Assembly: GCA_031416075.1 (NCBI GenBank) | Contig: JANOSY010000086.1 | Location: 1-25,017, forward strand | Reading direction: 5' to 3' | Length of the DNA: 25,017 nucleotides | DNA from: Candidatus Tenderia sp. | Lineage (GTDB): Bacteria; Pseudomonadota; Gammaproteobacteria; Tenderiales; Tenderiaceae | Shown here: one piece after another, positions 1-9,285 of the stretch | How positions within the stretch are numbered: position 1 is the first letter of the stretch | Layout: each line of letters begins with the position of its first letter | Made by a program: the position numbers and the translations under genes | Notes under the pieces: generated by a model | What the model was told of the DNA's origin: nothing | Databases searched by the model: none | What the model saw: the letters and a program-made list of their open reading frames with translations, nothing else

Positions 1-126
1 AAGGCGGTGCTGAATCTGTTGCGTTTGGTGAAGAAGGATCATCCACGAGTGAGCTTGAAGAGGATGAGAAAGCTCGCCGGCTGGGACTACGGCTTTATGG
101 ATACCGTTCTTAGGGCTAAATTTTAA
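1..126 (+). CDS. ISAs1-family transposase, C-terminal 41 aa (partial)
   Basis: Not in the ORF track. Manual translation KAVLNLLRLVKKDHPRVSLKRMRKLAGWDYGFMDTVLRAKF* fits the ISAs1 C-terminal pattern (ALNLL...SLKRKRKxAGWD). Confidence 0.85.
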   Translation, partial: KAVLNLLRLVKKDHPRVSLKRMRKLAGWDYGFMDTVLRAKF

Positions 127-139
127 TGAGGGAGCCCTG
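1..139 (+). mobile_element. Right end of an ISAs1-family insertion sequence (truncated by the window edge)
   Basis: Transposase C-terminus in frame 1, followed immediately by TAATGAGGGAGCCCTG. ISAs1-family terminal inverted repeats end in GCCCTG (134-139). Confidence 0.85.
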
Positions 140-143
140 CCGG

Positions 144-174
144 TTGAATGGAAGCCAAACATATCCTGTATAAT
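144..174 (+). promoter_or_regulatory. Possible sigma70 promoter for the response regulator operon
   Basis: TTGAAT (144-149) and a perfect TATAAT (169-174). The 19-bp spacer is suboptimal. Confidence 0.4.
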
Positions 175-198
175 CACCACAAATTTTGGAGATACAAA

Positions 199-879
199 AT
201 GCGTATTGCCCTCATCGAGGATGATCCTACACAGGCATCACTTTTAAAAAGCTGGTTAACGGCTGCCGACCATCACGTGCACCATTATGACAGCGGTGAG
301 AGTTTTACCCGTGCACTAAATCAGGAGAGTTTTGATCTCATGGTGATGGACTGGGGGTTACCTGACATTAGTGGCATTGAGCTGGTGAAAAGTGTTCGAG
401 CCAAAGACACATTGGTTCCTGTACTCTTTATTACCAGTCGTGATAGCGAACAGGATATCGTGGCGGCCCTTGCCGCAGGTGCTGATGATTATCTGATCAA
501 ACCACCACGTCAAGGCGAAACACTGGCACGCATCGCCGCACTGCAGCGCCGCAGCCAAGTGGGAGACAATGAGGAGAACCTGCTTCAATTTGGTCCCTAT
601 ACCCTTGATAGTGAGCGCAATACGATTCTTTATAACGACGAGGTGATTCAATTTACCCACAAAGAGTTTAAATTCGCCCATTTTCTATTTCAGAACCGCA
701 ACCGGCTGTTATCACGCGGCCACCTGTTGGAAAATGTCTGGGGATTAAACGCCGAAGTAACAACACGTACCGTCGATGTGCACGCCAGCAAAATCCGTCG
801 CAAACTGGGATTGAGCACTGCCAACGGCTGGCGTCTGGTATCAATTTACCAATATGGTTATCGCCTTGAAACGCTATAG
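199..879 (+). CDS. OmpR/PhoB-family DNA-binding response regulator
   Basis: Receiver motifs LIEDD, VMDWGLP, FITS and ADDYLIKP; winged-helix C-terminus RTVDVHASKIRRKL...YGYRL. Start moved to ATG 199, which follows a GGAG RBS at 188-191. Confidence 0.95.
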   Translation: MRIALIEDDPTQASLLKSWLTAADHHVHHYDSGESFTRALNQESFDLMVMDWGLPDISGIELVKSVRAKDTLVPVLFITSRDSEQDIVAALAAGADDYLIKPPRQGETLARIAALQRRSQVGDNEENLLQFGPYTLDSERNTILYNDEVIQFTHKEFKFAHFLFQNRNRLLSRGHLLENVWGLNAEVTTRTVDVHASKIRRKLGLSTANGWRLVSIYQYGYRLETL

Positions 880-929
880 TTAAACGATTGCAACCTCATC
901 GTATGGGCATCCTCTCAGAGAATCTATTC

Positions 930-2534
930 ATGGCTACGCGCACTAATGGCTCAGGAAAGGGCCGATTACAACGCCTGCTGTTAGCCTCACTGATGTTTAT
1001 CATCGTCATTAATAGTAGTTATGGCAGCGACTGGGTCTATACGGTGCGCCCCAGCGACAGCATCTGGCAACTGTCGCAACAGTACCTAAAAAATCCCAAC
1101 CAGTGGCCTGACGTGCAAAAGCTTAATAACATCAGCAATGCACAGGCCATGCGTCCCGGCACCCGAATCACCATCCCTGTCGAGTGGTTAAAACACTCGC
1201 CCAAACCCGCAAAAATCATCAAGAGCCATGGCAATGTCGCGCTGGCCAACGATGGCAAAATACGCCCCTTTACCCCACCCGCCATTATCAATAGTGGTGA
1301 TACGTTAAGCAGTGGCAATAACAGTAGCGCCACCATTGAGTTTGCTGATGGGTCGCTGCTGATTCTCCAGCCAAATAGTGAGGTATCAATGGATAGCCTC
1401 GGCAGCTTTGATGCCACAGGCATGGTTGATACTTCAGTGCGATTAAAAAAAGGGCGTGTTGAGAACAGGGTGGCCCCACAAAAACCCGACAGTCGCTACC
1501 GCATTATCACACCGGCAGCTGTGGCCGCCGTACGTGGCACCGAGTTCCGAGTGGGCGGTGACAATGGCGGCGCGCTCATGCGCAGTGAAGTGCTGGACGG
1601 CAAAATTGCTGTCACCGGCTCTGGTGTCACCCGTGAGGTCCCACTAGGCTACGGCACCGTAGCTGAAAGCGGCAAACCGCCCTCCGAACCCGAACCCCTG
1701 CCAGCGGCACCGGATCTGTCAGGCCTGACCCAGCGTGGTTCACAATCGGGGATCAGCTTTCACTGGCCTGCGGTAAATGGTGCTGTCGGTTATCGCGCTC
1801 AACTGGCCTACAACGAAGAGTTCACCACCGTGCTTCGCGACGAGTTACTAAAGAGTCCCGAGCTCACACTACTCAACTTGGAACCGGCCGACTACGTGCT
1901 GCGGCTGCGCGCCATCAATCAATCGGGATTGGAGGGATTTGATGCATTACACTCGTTTACCATCATCGCACCGATCCCCATACCGCGCCCCACCACCCCC
2001 GAGGATGGGGCAGCACTAACGTTAGGCAAACCGTGGATCGGCTGGTCCGCCACCCCCGATACAAGCTTTTATCTGCTACAACTGGCGACAGACGCACAGT
2101 TCACCGCCAATCTTCAAGAGATCAGCGGCATCGTCAACAACCACTACCGCCCTCTTGATGATCTCCCCGCTGGCCCTTACTACTGGCGTGTGGCCAGCTT
2201 CGCCAACAGCATCAAAAGCGAGTTCAGCACCCCACGTCAATTCCTTATCTCAACCAAACCTGCGCCCCCCGGCGGGATTAGTGCCACACTCAATCAGCGT
2301 AACGCAGGCTTTAACTGGGAGGCTATTGATGGCGCGGCAGAGTACCAGTTCCAACTTGGCCCCTATGAAGACTTTACCGCCCTCACCATCAACAGCCGCA
2401 CCAGCGATAACCACTACGGCGTTAAGTTGCTCGCCCCCGGTCAATATCACTACCGCGTCCGTGTGATCAACGACGATGGCCAAAGCGGTCCCTACGGCCC
2501 TGTCGGGGTACTGGTGGTGCCCAATGTGCCCTGA
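930..2534 (+). CDS. Secreted LysM + FecR + fibronectin type III repeat protein
   Basis: Signal-peptide-like N-terminus; LysM (YTVRPSDSIWQLS...LNNI...MRPGTRITIP); FecR-type domain (ATIEFADGSLLILQPNS...TPAAVAAVRGTEF); three FN3-like repeats (W...Y.xQL...L.xG.YxWRV). Start uncertain (888, 930 or 993). Confidence 0.85.
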   Translation: MATRTNGSGKGRLQRLLLASLMFIIVINSSYGSDWVYTVRPSDSIWQLSQQYLKNPNQWPDVQKLNNISNAQAMRPGTRITIPVEWLKHSPKPAKIIKSHGNVALANDGKIRPFTPPAIINSGDTLSSGNNSSATIEFADGSLLILQPNSEVSMDSLGSFDATGMVDTSVRLKKGRVENRVAPQKPDSRYRIITPAAVAAVRGTEFRVGGDNGGALMRSEVLDGKIAVTGSGVTREVPLGYGTVAESGKPPSEPEPLPAAPDLSGLTQRGSQSGISFHWPAVNGAVGYRAQLAYNEEFTTVLRDELLKSPELTLLNLEPADYVLRLRAINQSGLEGFDALHSFTIIAPIPIPRPTTPEDGAALTLGKPWIGWSATPDTSFYLLQLATDAQFTANLQEISGIVNNHYRPLDDLPAGPYYWRVASFANSIKSEFSTPRQFLISTKPAPPGGISATLNQRNAGFNWEAIDGAAEYQFQLGPYEDFTALTINSRTSDNHYGVKLLAPGQYHYRVRVINDDGQSGPYGPVGVLVVPNVP

Positions 2535-2550
2535 ACAGGGCTGACCGTAA

Positions 2551-5211
2551 ATGAAGCACCGTTGGCACCGCTTTGCCATACCACAACAGTTCGGTTTTGC
2601 GATATTGCTGATCGGCATTACCCTGGGGCTTAGCTATGGCGACTGGCTCTGGCGTGCTGACAAAGCGCTTTATGATGCCAATCACCACCTGCTGGCCCGG
2701 CCGACAGCACCTGAAATAGTCATTGTGGCTGTGGATGAATACAGCCTCTCCAGTCTAGGACGCTGGCCGTGGCCACGTCACCTGCACGCCGAACTGATTG
2801 ACCAGTTGACCCGTGCGGGTGCCGATACCATCATTCTCGATTTCATCTTTGCAGAACCTGACAACAGTGATCCCGGTAATGATATTGCCCTGGCCGCAGC
2901 TATGCAGCGTCACGGCCGAGTAATCCTTCCACTCCTGGTAGAAGAGCGCCAACTTGGCGGCCAACTGCTGGAGACACTGCCACTCCCCGAGTTTGTCAGT
3001 GCCGCTGCAGGGATCGGTCATGCTCACATGGAGTTGGACGCCGATGGCATCGCCCGTAGCGTATATCTGCAAGAGGGGCTGGCAACACCGCGCTGGCCAC
3101 ACCTCACCGTTGCGGCACTCAGGCTGCAGGAGCCAACCCGATGGCAAACCCTTCCTGGTCGCCACAACCCCAAGGCCGAACCCAACAATGCCTCTCCTCA
3201 CCTGCTGATGCGTGACTCACAAATACTGGTCCCCTTTGCTGGCCCCCCCGGCCACTACCCCCACATCTCTTACGCAGAGGTGGTTACCGGGCACTATCTA
3301 GCCGATACATTTAGAGGCAAAACTGTCCTTGTTGGCACCACAGCCACCGGTCTTGGTGATGTTTTGCCAACGCCTGTTTCAGGCTTTAACCAACCCATGC
3401 CAGGGGTTGAGATCAACGCCAACATCTTTGACGCCCTGCAGAATGAGCTAGCCGTAGAGCCACTCCCACAGTGGCTACGAACTACCATCAGCCTCATCAT
3501 CATATTAATACCCGTACTACTCTTCTCACGGCTCACCCCTCGGGCAGCGCTACTCACCACCGGTACCCTGTTATTCGCCAGCCTCGCCCTCAGCGCCCTG
3601 CTCATCCACCGTTTTCAACTCTGGTTTCCACCCGCAGCCGTGGTTATCCCGCTATTACTGGCCTATCCACTCTGGAGCTGGCAGCGGTTGGAGTACGCCA
3701 ACCGCTTTCTGACGCTGGAGTTAAAACGACTGCGCGATGAGCCCACCCTGACCCAACTCCCCCCTGTTGATGACATGAAGCAGGTGATGCAATTTGTACA
3801 GCAACAGCTACCCATCACAGGCTGGGGCTTATACAACAGTGCTGGCCAGAAAATCGCCACCTGGGGCCAGCCACCCATTACGCTGTCACCCACACAGGAA
3901 ACAGAACAGTGGTACAGCCGCCAGACGGGAGAGTGGTGGATAACATTTGAACGTGAGGAACAGCAGTGGCGACTCGGCATCAGCAGTGGCAATACAGCGC
4001 CGCCAACAATCGAACAGGAGCATCTACTGCTGAACCTGATACAACCGTGGCTTCCGGCCAGAGAGCGGGAGTCAGCCAGTCGTATTGAACGCTTCGAAAC
4101 ACGGGTACAAGCGGTACAGGAGGCGGTAACACGAATGCAGACCATGCGCCGTTTTATTAACGACAGCCTCTCACAAATGGCCGATGGCGTCATCGTTATA
4201 AACACCCTCGGACAGATTATCCTCATCAATCCTAAGGCCGTCGCTTACTTCGGGCTGCCGCTGGAAACAGAGACACTCACCGGCCACTCCGCCATTGAAC
4301 TGCTCAACCAGCTCGACAATACACGGCCAGAGCGCTGGGAGCGGCTGCTGGCACTACCACTCAAAACAGGAGAAACAGCACAGAGCGAAACACGCAGCAG
4401 CACCGGGCGCGACCTGCTGGTACGTTGCGCACCACTCACCCTGGAACAACAGCAGCGTAGCGGTCTGGTCATCAACCTCTCCGACATCACCCACCTGCTT
4501 GACATCGAACGGACACGTGCTGATACCCTGCGCTTCCTCACCCACGATCTGCGTGCACCACTGGTATCACTACTCGCCTTATCCCAGCTTGCCCGCGCAC
4601 CAGAGGCTGATATCGCCCGTGAGGAGCTGATCAATCGTGTCGAAGATCACGCCCAAACCACACTCACCCTCGCCGAAGAGTTCCTCAACCTCAGCCAGAT
4701 TGAAGGGGCACTACACCTGGAACTGCGACCCGTAGAACTAACCACCGTCGCCCTCAACGCCATCGACGCAGTATGGGACCAGGCACGCATGAAACAGATT
4801 ACCCTCGTCGAAGCACTGCCCGAATCACTGATACTGGTCATGGCCGACCCCACCGTACTACAACGTGTACTGGTCAACCTGCTCAGCAACGCCATCAAGT
4901 ACAGCCCGACCAATACCAGCATCGAACTCATTATCCAGACCGCTCATACAACCGTAGCGTGCTGTGTCCACGACCAAGGCAGCGGCATTACAGCCACAGA
5001 GATCCCCCAGCTCTTCGAACGTTTTTATCGTACCCCCAGCGCCATTAACTCCGGCATCCAGGGTACAGGTCTCGGACTTGCGTTTGTCAAGGCCGCCATG
5101 GAAAAACTAGGCGGCAGCGTGACTGTGACAAGTGAAACAGGAAAAGGGGCATGTTTCTGCATCCGCCTGCCACAGCTCGAAGAACCCCAAGACGAGGCCA
5201 TAACCAATTGA
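2551..5211 (+). CDS. CHASE2-domain, PAS-containing sensor histidine kinase
   Basis: CHASE2 motifs (IVIVAVDEYSL..LGRWPWPR, D.DGIAR, GKTVLVG, MPGVEINA); three TM helices after the sensor domain; PAS (ADGVIVINTLGQIILINP); H-box THDLRAPL; N-box NLLSNAIKYS; G1 DQGSGI; G2 GTGLGL. Confidence 0.95.
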   Translation: MKHRWHRFAIPQQFGFAILLIGITLGLSYGDWLWRADKALYDANHHLLARPTAPEIVIVAVDEYSLSSLGRWPWPRHLHAELIDQLTRAGADTIILDFIFAEPDNSDPGNDIALAAAMQRHGRVILPLLVEERQLGGQLLETLPLPEFVSAAAGIGHAHMELDADGIARSVYLQEGLATPRWPHLTVAALRLQEPTRWQTLPGRHNPKAEPNNASPHLLMRDSQILVPFAGPPGHYPHISYAEVVTGHYLADTFRGKTVLVGTTATGLGDVLPTPVSGFNQPMPGVEINANIFDALQNELAVEPLPQWLRTTISLIIILIPVLLFSRLTPRAALLTTGTLLFASLALSALLIHRFQLWFPPAAVVIPLLLAYPLWSWQRLEYANRFLTLELKRLRDEPTLTQLPPVDDMKQVMQFVQQQLPITGWGLYNSAGQKIATWGQPPITLSPTQETEQWYSRQTGEWWITFEREEQQWRLGISSGNTAPPTIEQEHLLLNLIQPWLPARERESASRIERFETRVQAVQEAVTRMQTMRRFINDSLSQMADGVIVINTLGQIILINPKAVAYFGLPLETETLTGHSAIELLNQLDNTRPERWERLLALPLKTGETAQSETRSSTGRDLLVRCAPLTLEQQQRSGLVINLSDITHLLDIERTRADTLRFLTHDLRAPLVSLLALSQLARAPEADIAREELINRVEDHAQTTLTLAEEFLNLSQIEGALHLELRPVELTTVALNAIDAVWDQARMKQITLVEALPESLILVMADPTVLQRVLVNLLSNAIKYSPTNTSIELIIQTAHTTVACCVHDQGSGITATEIPQLFERFYRTPSAINSGIQGTGLGLAFVKAAMEKLGGSVTVTSETGKGACFCIRLPQLEEPQDEAITN

Positions 5212-5317
5212 AAAATATTGATAAAATAATCTATATACACACTACATTTGAATTAATGTGTACCATCGCTGTCTTCAAACCGCAGCCATTACATACACCA
5301 AGAGGATGATGAGCAAT

Positions 5318-5764
5318 ATGGTCATGGAAACACATCGTGGTATTGCCACAGAGATTGTTAAAGCAGACAAAGGCAATACTGTTAAGTGCCGCCTTGGCGA
5401 AAACCAAGCCCTGATACACTCAGACCTGCAACGTGTTGTTAAAGAGGGTGATGAGATCATCGTCGCCGGCGAGCTGCGAGAAGGCACCGTCTATGCACTG
5501 GCACTGAAAAACGTGACCCACAACAAATCGGTAAGAATCGACGGTTCCAACTACACACTATTAATCGGCGCGGGGCTATTCTGCTGGCTGCTCGGTTTTG
5601 TCTTCTACATACAAACCATGACCTCTGGCAATACCACCATCATCTCACTTAACCTGTTGTTATCCGCAGGTGGATTTATCGTCGGCATCTGGGCAATCAC
5701 ACAGGTATTGCGTATCCGGCGCGCAGCCATATATGTTGCACGTCTTGCATCTACCGTTCAGTAA
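5318..5764 (+). CDS. Hypothetical membrane protein (beta-rich N-terminal domain, two C-terminal TM helices)
   Basis: ORF with two hydrophobic segments. Start uncertain (5306, 5309, 5318 or 5324; GAGG at 5302-5305). Confidence 0.7.
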   Translation: MVMETHRGIATEIVKADKGNTVKCRLGENQALIHSDLQRVVKEGDEIIVAGELREGTVYALALKNVTHNKSVRIDGSNYTLLIGAGLFCWLLGFVFYIQTMTSGNTTIISLNLLLSAGGFIVGIWAITQVLRIRRAAIYVARLASTVQ

Positions 5765-5772
5765 TCCTGAAT

Positions 5773-5801
5773 AAAAAAAGGGATGACAATGTCATCCCTT
5801 T
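5773..5801 (-). terminator. Rho-independent terminator between convergent genes (possibly bidirectional)
   Basis: Inverted repeat AAAGGGATGACA / TGTCATCCCTTT (5777-5801) with an A7 run at 5773-5779, giving a U-tract on the minus strand. Confidence 0.85.
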
Positions 5802-5830
5802 CCAGTGCCCGATCTTCAAGCACTACAATA

Positions 5831-6238
5831 TTAATGGGTAACCATGGGTGGCAACTCACCGGCCTGAGCAATCCAGCCTTCAACTACCTTGGCACTCGGC
5901 ACAGCACGGGTCAGTTTCATCTCGGCGTTCACCTCAGCCATCTTTTTTGCCAGATTGTCACCATTACGGGTACGCATCTCCTTCACCGTATCCACACCTG
6001 TGGCATGCAACAACTCAGCAAACTGGCCAGCAACACCCTTGATACGAAACAGGTCAGCCATATTTACCCACTTCAAAATCAGGGATTCACTAATACCGCT
6101 TTTCTCTGCCAGTGCCTTACGCCCGGTCTTGCTGCTCCCCATACTCAGCAGTTGCTCTGTGGTAAGAACACTTGCAACAGACAACGCCTCGGCGTACTTC
6201 GGGCCAATGCCTTCGATTTCAACAATTTTCTTTGCCAT
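5831..6238 (-). CDS. DUF4332 family helix-hairpin-helix protein
   Basis: Two HhH-like motifs (IEGIG, IKGVA) and the pattern W..ADLFRIKG...AELL...GVDTVKE. GGAGAA RBS upstream. Confidence 0.9.
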   Translation of the reverse strand: MAKKIVEIEGIGPKYAEALSVASVLTTEQLLSMGSSKTGRKALAEKSGISESLILKWVNMADLFRIKGVAGQFAELLHATGVDTVKEMRTRNGDNLAKKMAEVNAEMKLTRAVPSAKVVEGWIAQAGELPPMVTH

Positions 6239-6285
6239 TCAATTTTCTCCAAATGATGATTAAATTTAATGTTTCAGACTACGGC

Positions 6286-6663
6286 TTATGAAAACAGCTT
6301 CTTCACACCGCCAAGCAGATTATCGTTACCACCCAACAACGCACCCAGACCACCGCCATCGTTGCCCAACAACTGTACAATTTTGGGTAACAGGGCATTC
6401 AATCCGGTAGTAGCCATCTCTGCGTTGATGCCAGCTGCGGAAGCCAACGCGCCAACATCAATTTTCTGCATCAGACCCGCAACAACTGAGGCACCACTTC
6501 CCGACAACAGACCGGAAATCCCCTCCTGAGGCGCGACCTTCATCACCTGCTCAGCCGCGGCAGGTAGAAACTGCTTGACCTGCTCCAGATTAAAACCTTT
6601 GTCTACCAACAGTGAAGAAAGTTCGCCTGAATGGCTTTTAATAATTCCATTTAAAATATTCAT
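6286..6663 (-). CDS. Hypothetical Gly/Leu-rich protein, weakly YidB/DUF937-like
   Basis: GGAG RBS; same strand as and directly upstream of DUF4332; segment LASAAGI...GLNALLPKIV and C-terminal LLGGVKKLF. Start 6663 or 6669. Confidence 0.7.
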   Translation of the reverse strand: MNILNGIIKSHSGELSSLLVDKGFNLEQVKQFLPAAAEQVMKVAPQEGISGLLSGSGASVVAGLMQKIDVGALASAAGINAEMATTGLNALLPKIVQLLGNDGGGLGALLGGNDNLLGGVKKLFS

Positions 6664-6775
6664 AGTCACCTATCTCCAGAGTGCAAAAACGTTAGATTTA
6701 ACTTATAAGTATTTATATTGCAACTCGACACATGGTACACCAGCCAACCCCCGCCAGGCACAATACCATACCCTT

Positions 6776-6790
6776 TTTACACTGTTTTAC
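6776..6790 (-). promoter_or_regulatory. GTAAA-N5-GTAAA direct repeat (CpxR-box-like, OmpR-family binding site)
   Basis: Minus strand reads GTAAA ACAGT GTAAA, with a third GTAAA at 6802-6806. Intergenic, about 110 bp upstream of the 6663 start. Confidence 0.45.
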
Positions 6791-6823
6791 AAACCCGTTT
6801 TTTTACGTTTGCTGACCATCCAA

Positions 6824-7606
6824 TCAACAATCACATACACTCCAACGTATAAATTCTTTACTCTCTAGCCTCTGTGGCTGCCGAAAGAAACTCTTCATTT
6901 CACCACTTTCAATAAGCTTGCCTTCACACATAAATATAATGTAATTACCAATACGTTTACTCTGCTCGATATCATGGGTCACCGATAAAATGGGCATCTG
7001 TCGCGCTAACAAGAGCATAGACTCCTCTATCAATTGTTTGGAGCCAGGATCAAGAGACGCCGTAGGTTCGTCCAACAGTAATAATTGTGGCGCTACTGCC
7101 AATGCACGGGCAATACAGAGTCGTTGCTGCTGACCTAACGAAAGTGTTACAGCTGGACTGTTTAAACGATCTTTCACTTCATCCCACAAGGCAGCTTGTT
7201 GCAAACTCTGCTCCACCACCAGATCCCCGTGGCGACGCTGCTGTTGTGTCAAACCAAAAGTCACATTGTCACGGATGCTCACCGGGAACACACAGGGCTT
7301 TTGTGCAATCAGGCCAACATGACGGCGCAGCTGGTCCCAGCCGCCAGGCCATTCCTGCAGGTCTTGATTATCGAGCAGAATCCGCCCCTGCCACCCCTGT
7401 TGCAAACCGTTAATACAACGTAACAACGAGCTTTTACCCGCGCCTGAAGGACCAATCAGTGTGGTAATACCACGCTTCGGCAATACTGCCGATATGTCAC
7501 GTAAGATATCAACGCCATCCATACTCAAGGATAGCCCCTCTATCACTAGGGAGGTCGTTTGAGAAACATCATCCGACATCTCAGAAAAATCAACGCTGGA
7601 ACTCAT
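6824..7606 (-). CDS. pstB: PstB-like ABC transporter ATP-binding protein
   Basis: Walker A GPSGAGKS; PstB-typical AALWDEVKDRL; signature LSLGQQQRLCIARALA; Walker B LLLDEPTASLD. ATGA overlap with the upstream permease. Confidence 0.85.
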   Translation of the reverse strand: MSSSVDFSEMSDDVSQTTSLVIEGLSLSMDGVDILRDISAVLPKRGITTLIGPSGAGKSSLLRCINGLQQGWQGRILLDNQDLQEWPGGWDQLRRHVGLIAQKPCVFPVSIRDNVTFGLTQQQRRHGDLVVEQSLQQAALWDEVKDRLNSPAVTLSLGQQQRLCIARALAVAPQLLLLDEPTASLDPGSKQLIEESMLLLARQMPILSVTHDIEQSKRIGNYIIFMCEGKLIESGEMKSFFRQPQRLESKEFIRWSVCDC

Positions 7607-8436
7607 ACAGTTACCCTCCAGGTTTTAAGCCAACGGGCCAGCACTCCAAATATCGCCACCATTACAATCAATACCAAGGCACTCCCCCAGGCGACTTGCG
7701 TTGCCTGGGCATTATTACCCTCTTGGGCAAGATAGAAGATATGTGTCTGAAGTGTGGTCACCGGCTCAAAGATCGACCCTGGCCAGACCACACCAGAAAA
7801 AACCGTGGCCGTAAAAAGAATGGGCGCTGTTTCGCTGAGCACCCGCGCCATCGCCAGCAACTGTCCAGTGACAATGCCAGGCCACGCCTGTGGCAACCAG
7901 ACCCGCCAGACCAGTGTTGCATGGCTCAATCCCAGCGCCTGCGCCGCCTCCGTCTGTTCAATCGCAACACGCTCCAGCGCCGCAACCGTATTCAGCATTA
8001 ACAGTGGCAAAATCACTGCCGCAAGCGTGACCGCCCCTGTCAATAACGACACCCCCCACTGCAACAGATGCACACACAAAATCAATCCGCACAAACCAAA
8101 TACAATCGGTGGAACTCCATGCAACATATTAATCAGAGTAATCAACAGATGTCGCTGACGCGGCCCCGCCAGCAAACAGTAATAGAGCGCTGCCCCAAAA
8201 GCGATGGGCGCAGCCAGCAGCGACGCACCCACCGCCAACAGCAGCGAACCCACAATTTGCGCCAGTATGCCACTGGAGTTACCAAACCCCACCCCTTCAC
8301 CGGTTGTGGTCAGAAATGTCCAATCCAGTGCGGGCGCGCCTCGAAACACAATATAAATGAGCGTGGCAGCTGGCAACAGCAGGGCTGGTAGCGCCAAAGT
8401 GATCACCAACAGTTTAGCCAGATCTGTCCTACGCAT
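7603..8436 (-). CDS. pstA: PstA-like ABC transporter permease
   Basis: Multi-TM protein with GVPPIVFGL, EAA loop (EAAQALG), ARVLSETAP and TTLQTHIF. ATG 8436 overlaps the pstC stop. Confidence 0.85.
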   Translation of the reverse strand: MRRTDLAKLLVITLALPALLLPAATLIYIVFRGAPALDWTFLTTTGEGVGFGNSSGILAQIVGSLLLAVGASLLAAPIAFGAALYYCLLAGPRQRHLLITLINMLHGVPPIVFGLCGLILCVHLLQWGVSLLTGAVTLAAVILPLLMLNTVAALERVAIEQTEAAQALGLSHATLVWRVWLPQAWPGIVTGQLLAMARVLSETAPILFTATVFSGVVWPGSIFEPVTTLQTHIFYLAQEGNNAQATQVAWGSALVLIVMVAIFGVLARWLKTWRVTV

Positions 8437-9283
8437 GGCGCACACTACGCTGCGCCATTAGTGACACCGCAATCGCCACCAACGCCAGCACCAAACCACC
8501 ACTCATCAATGCCGCCCAGTGCAACGATCCCATATCCGCCTCCGCCATCTCACGACCGATACGTGAGGTGAGTGTTTGCGCCGGTAACAGCAGGTTATAA
8601 AAAGGCTCCGGCAGACGATCAAGCGACCCCACCACCAACATCACCGCCACCGTTTCACCCATAACACGCCCTAACGCCAACAATATCGCCACACGGATAC
8701 CCGGCCACGCCTGCGGCAATATCACCCGGTACAACAACGTTGGCCAATCAAGCCCCAGTTGTAACGCAGTTTCACGCTGCTCTATAGAGACACCACTAAT
8801 GGCATCCTCTGCCAGCACCATAATCGTCGGCATCACCATTAACGCCAACAACATGCCCGCGGCCAAGAGCGTGCGTCCCGTCAGCAGGTCAAGCTGACTC
8901 TCCAGAAACGGTAACAGCAACCATAACCCCAACAGCCCATAGACAACCGAGGGGATCCCCGCCATCAGCTCCATACTAAAACGGACCCCACTGCGCAGCC
9001 GTGATGGGAGCAGTTCAGCGCTCATAATGGCGGCAGAGAGTGCCAGTGGCACCGCCATCAATAACGCCACACTCACCACCCAAAAACTCCCCAGCAGGGC
9101 CGGTGCAAGGCCATAAATATCTTCATAGGGATACCATTCAGGCTCGGTGACAAAACCTAATCCCTGGGCCTGCAGTAAGGGCCAGCTGGCATGTAACAGA
9201 AAACCCAACACCACCACAACCGCCAGCGCGGCAAGCGTTGCTGATGTGATGAGCCAGAGTTTTAGTATAGAGAAGCGCACCAC
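8429..9283 (-). CDS. pstC: PstC-like ABC transporter permease
   Basis: Motifs W.P....YG, ELMAGIPSVVYGL, MVMPTI...EDA and LGRVMGETVAV. Confidence 0.88.
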   Translation of the reverse strand: MVRFSILKLWLITSATLAALAVVVVLGFLLHASWPLLQAQGLGFVTEPEWYPYEDIYGLAPALLGSFWVVSVALLMAVPLALSAAIMSAELLPSRLRSGVRFSMELMAGIPSVVYGLLGLWLLLPFLESQLDLLTGRTLLAAGMLLALMVMPTIMVLAEDAISGVSIEQRETALQLGLDWPTLLYRVILPQAWPGIRVAILLALGRVMGETVAVMLVVGSLDRLPEPFYNLLLPAQTLTSRIGREMAEADMGSLHWAALMSGGLVLALVAIAVSLMAQRSVRHA

Positions 9284-9285
9284 CG

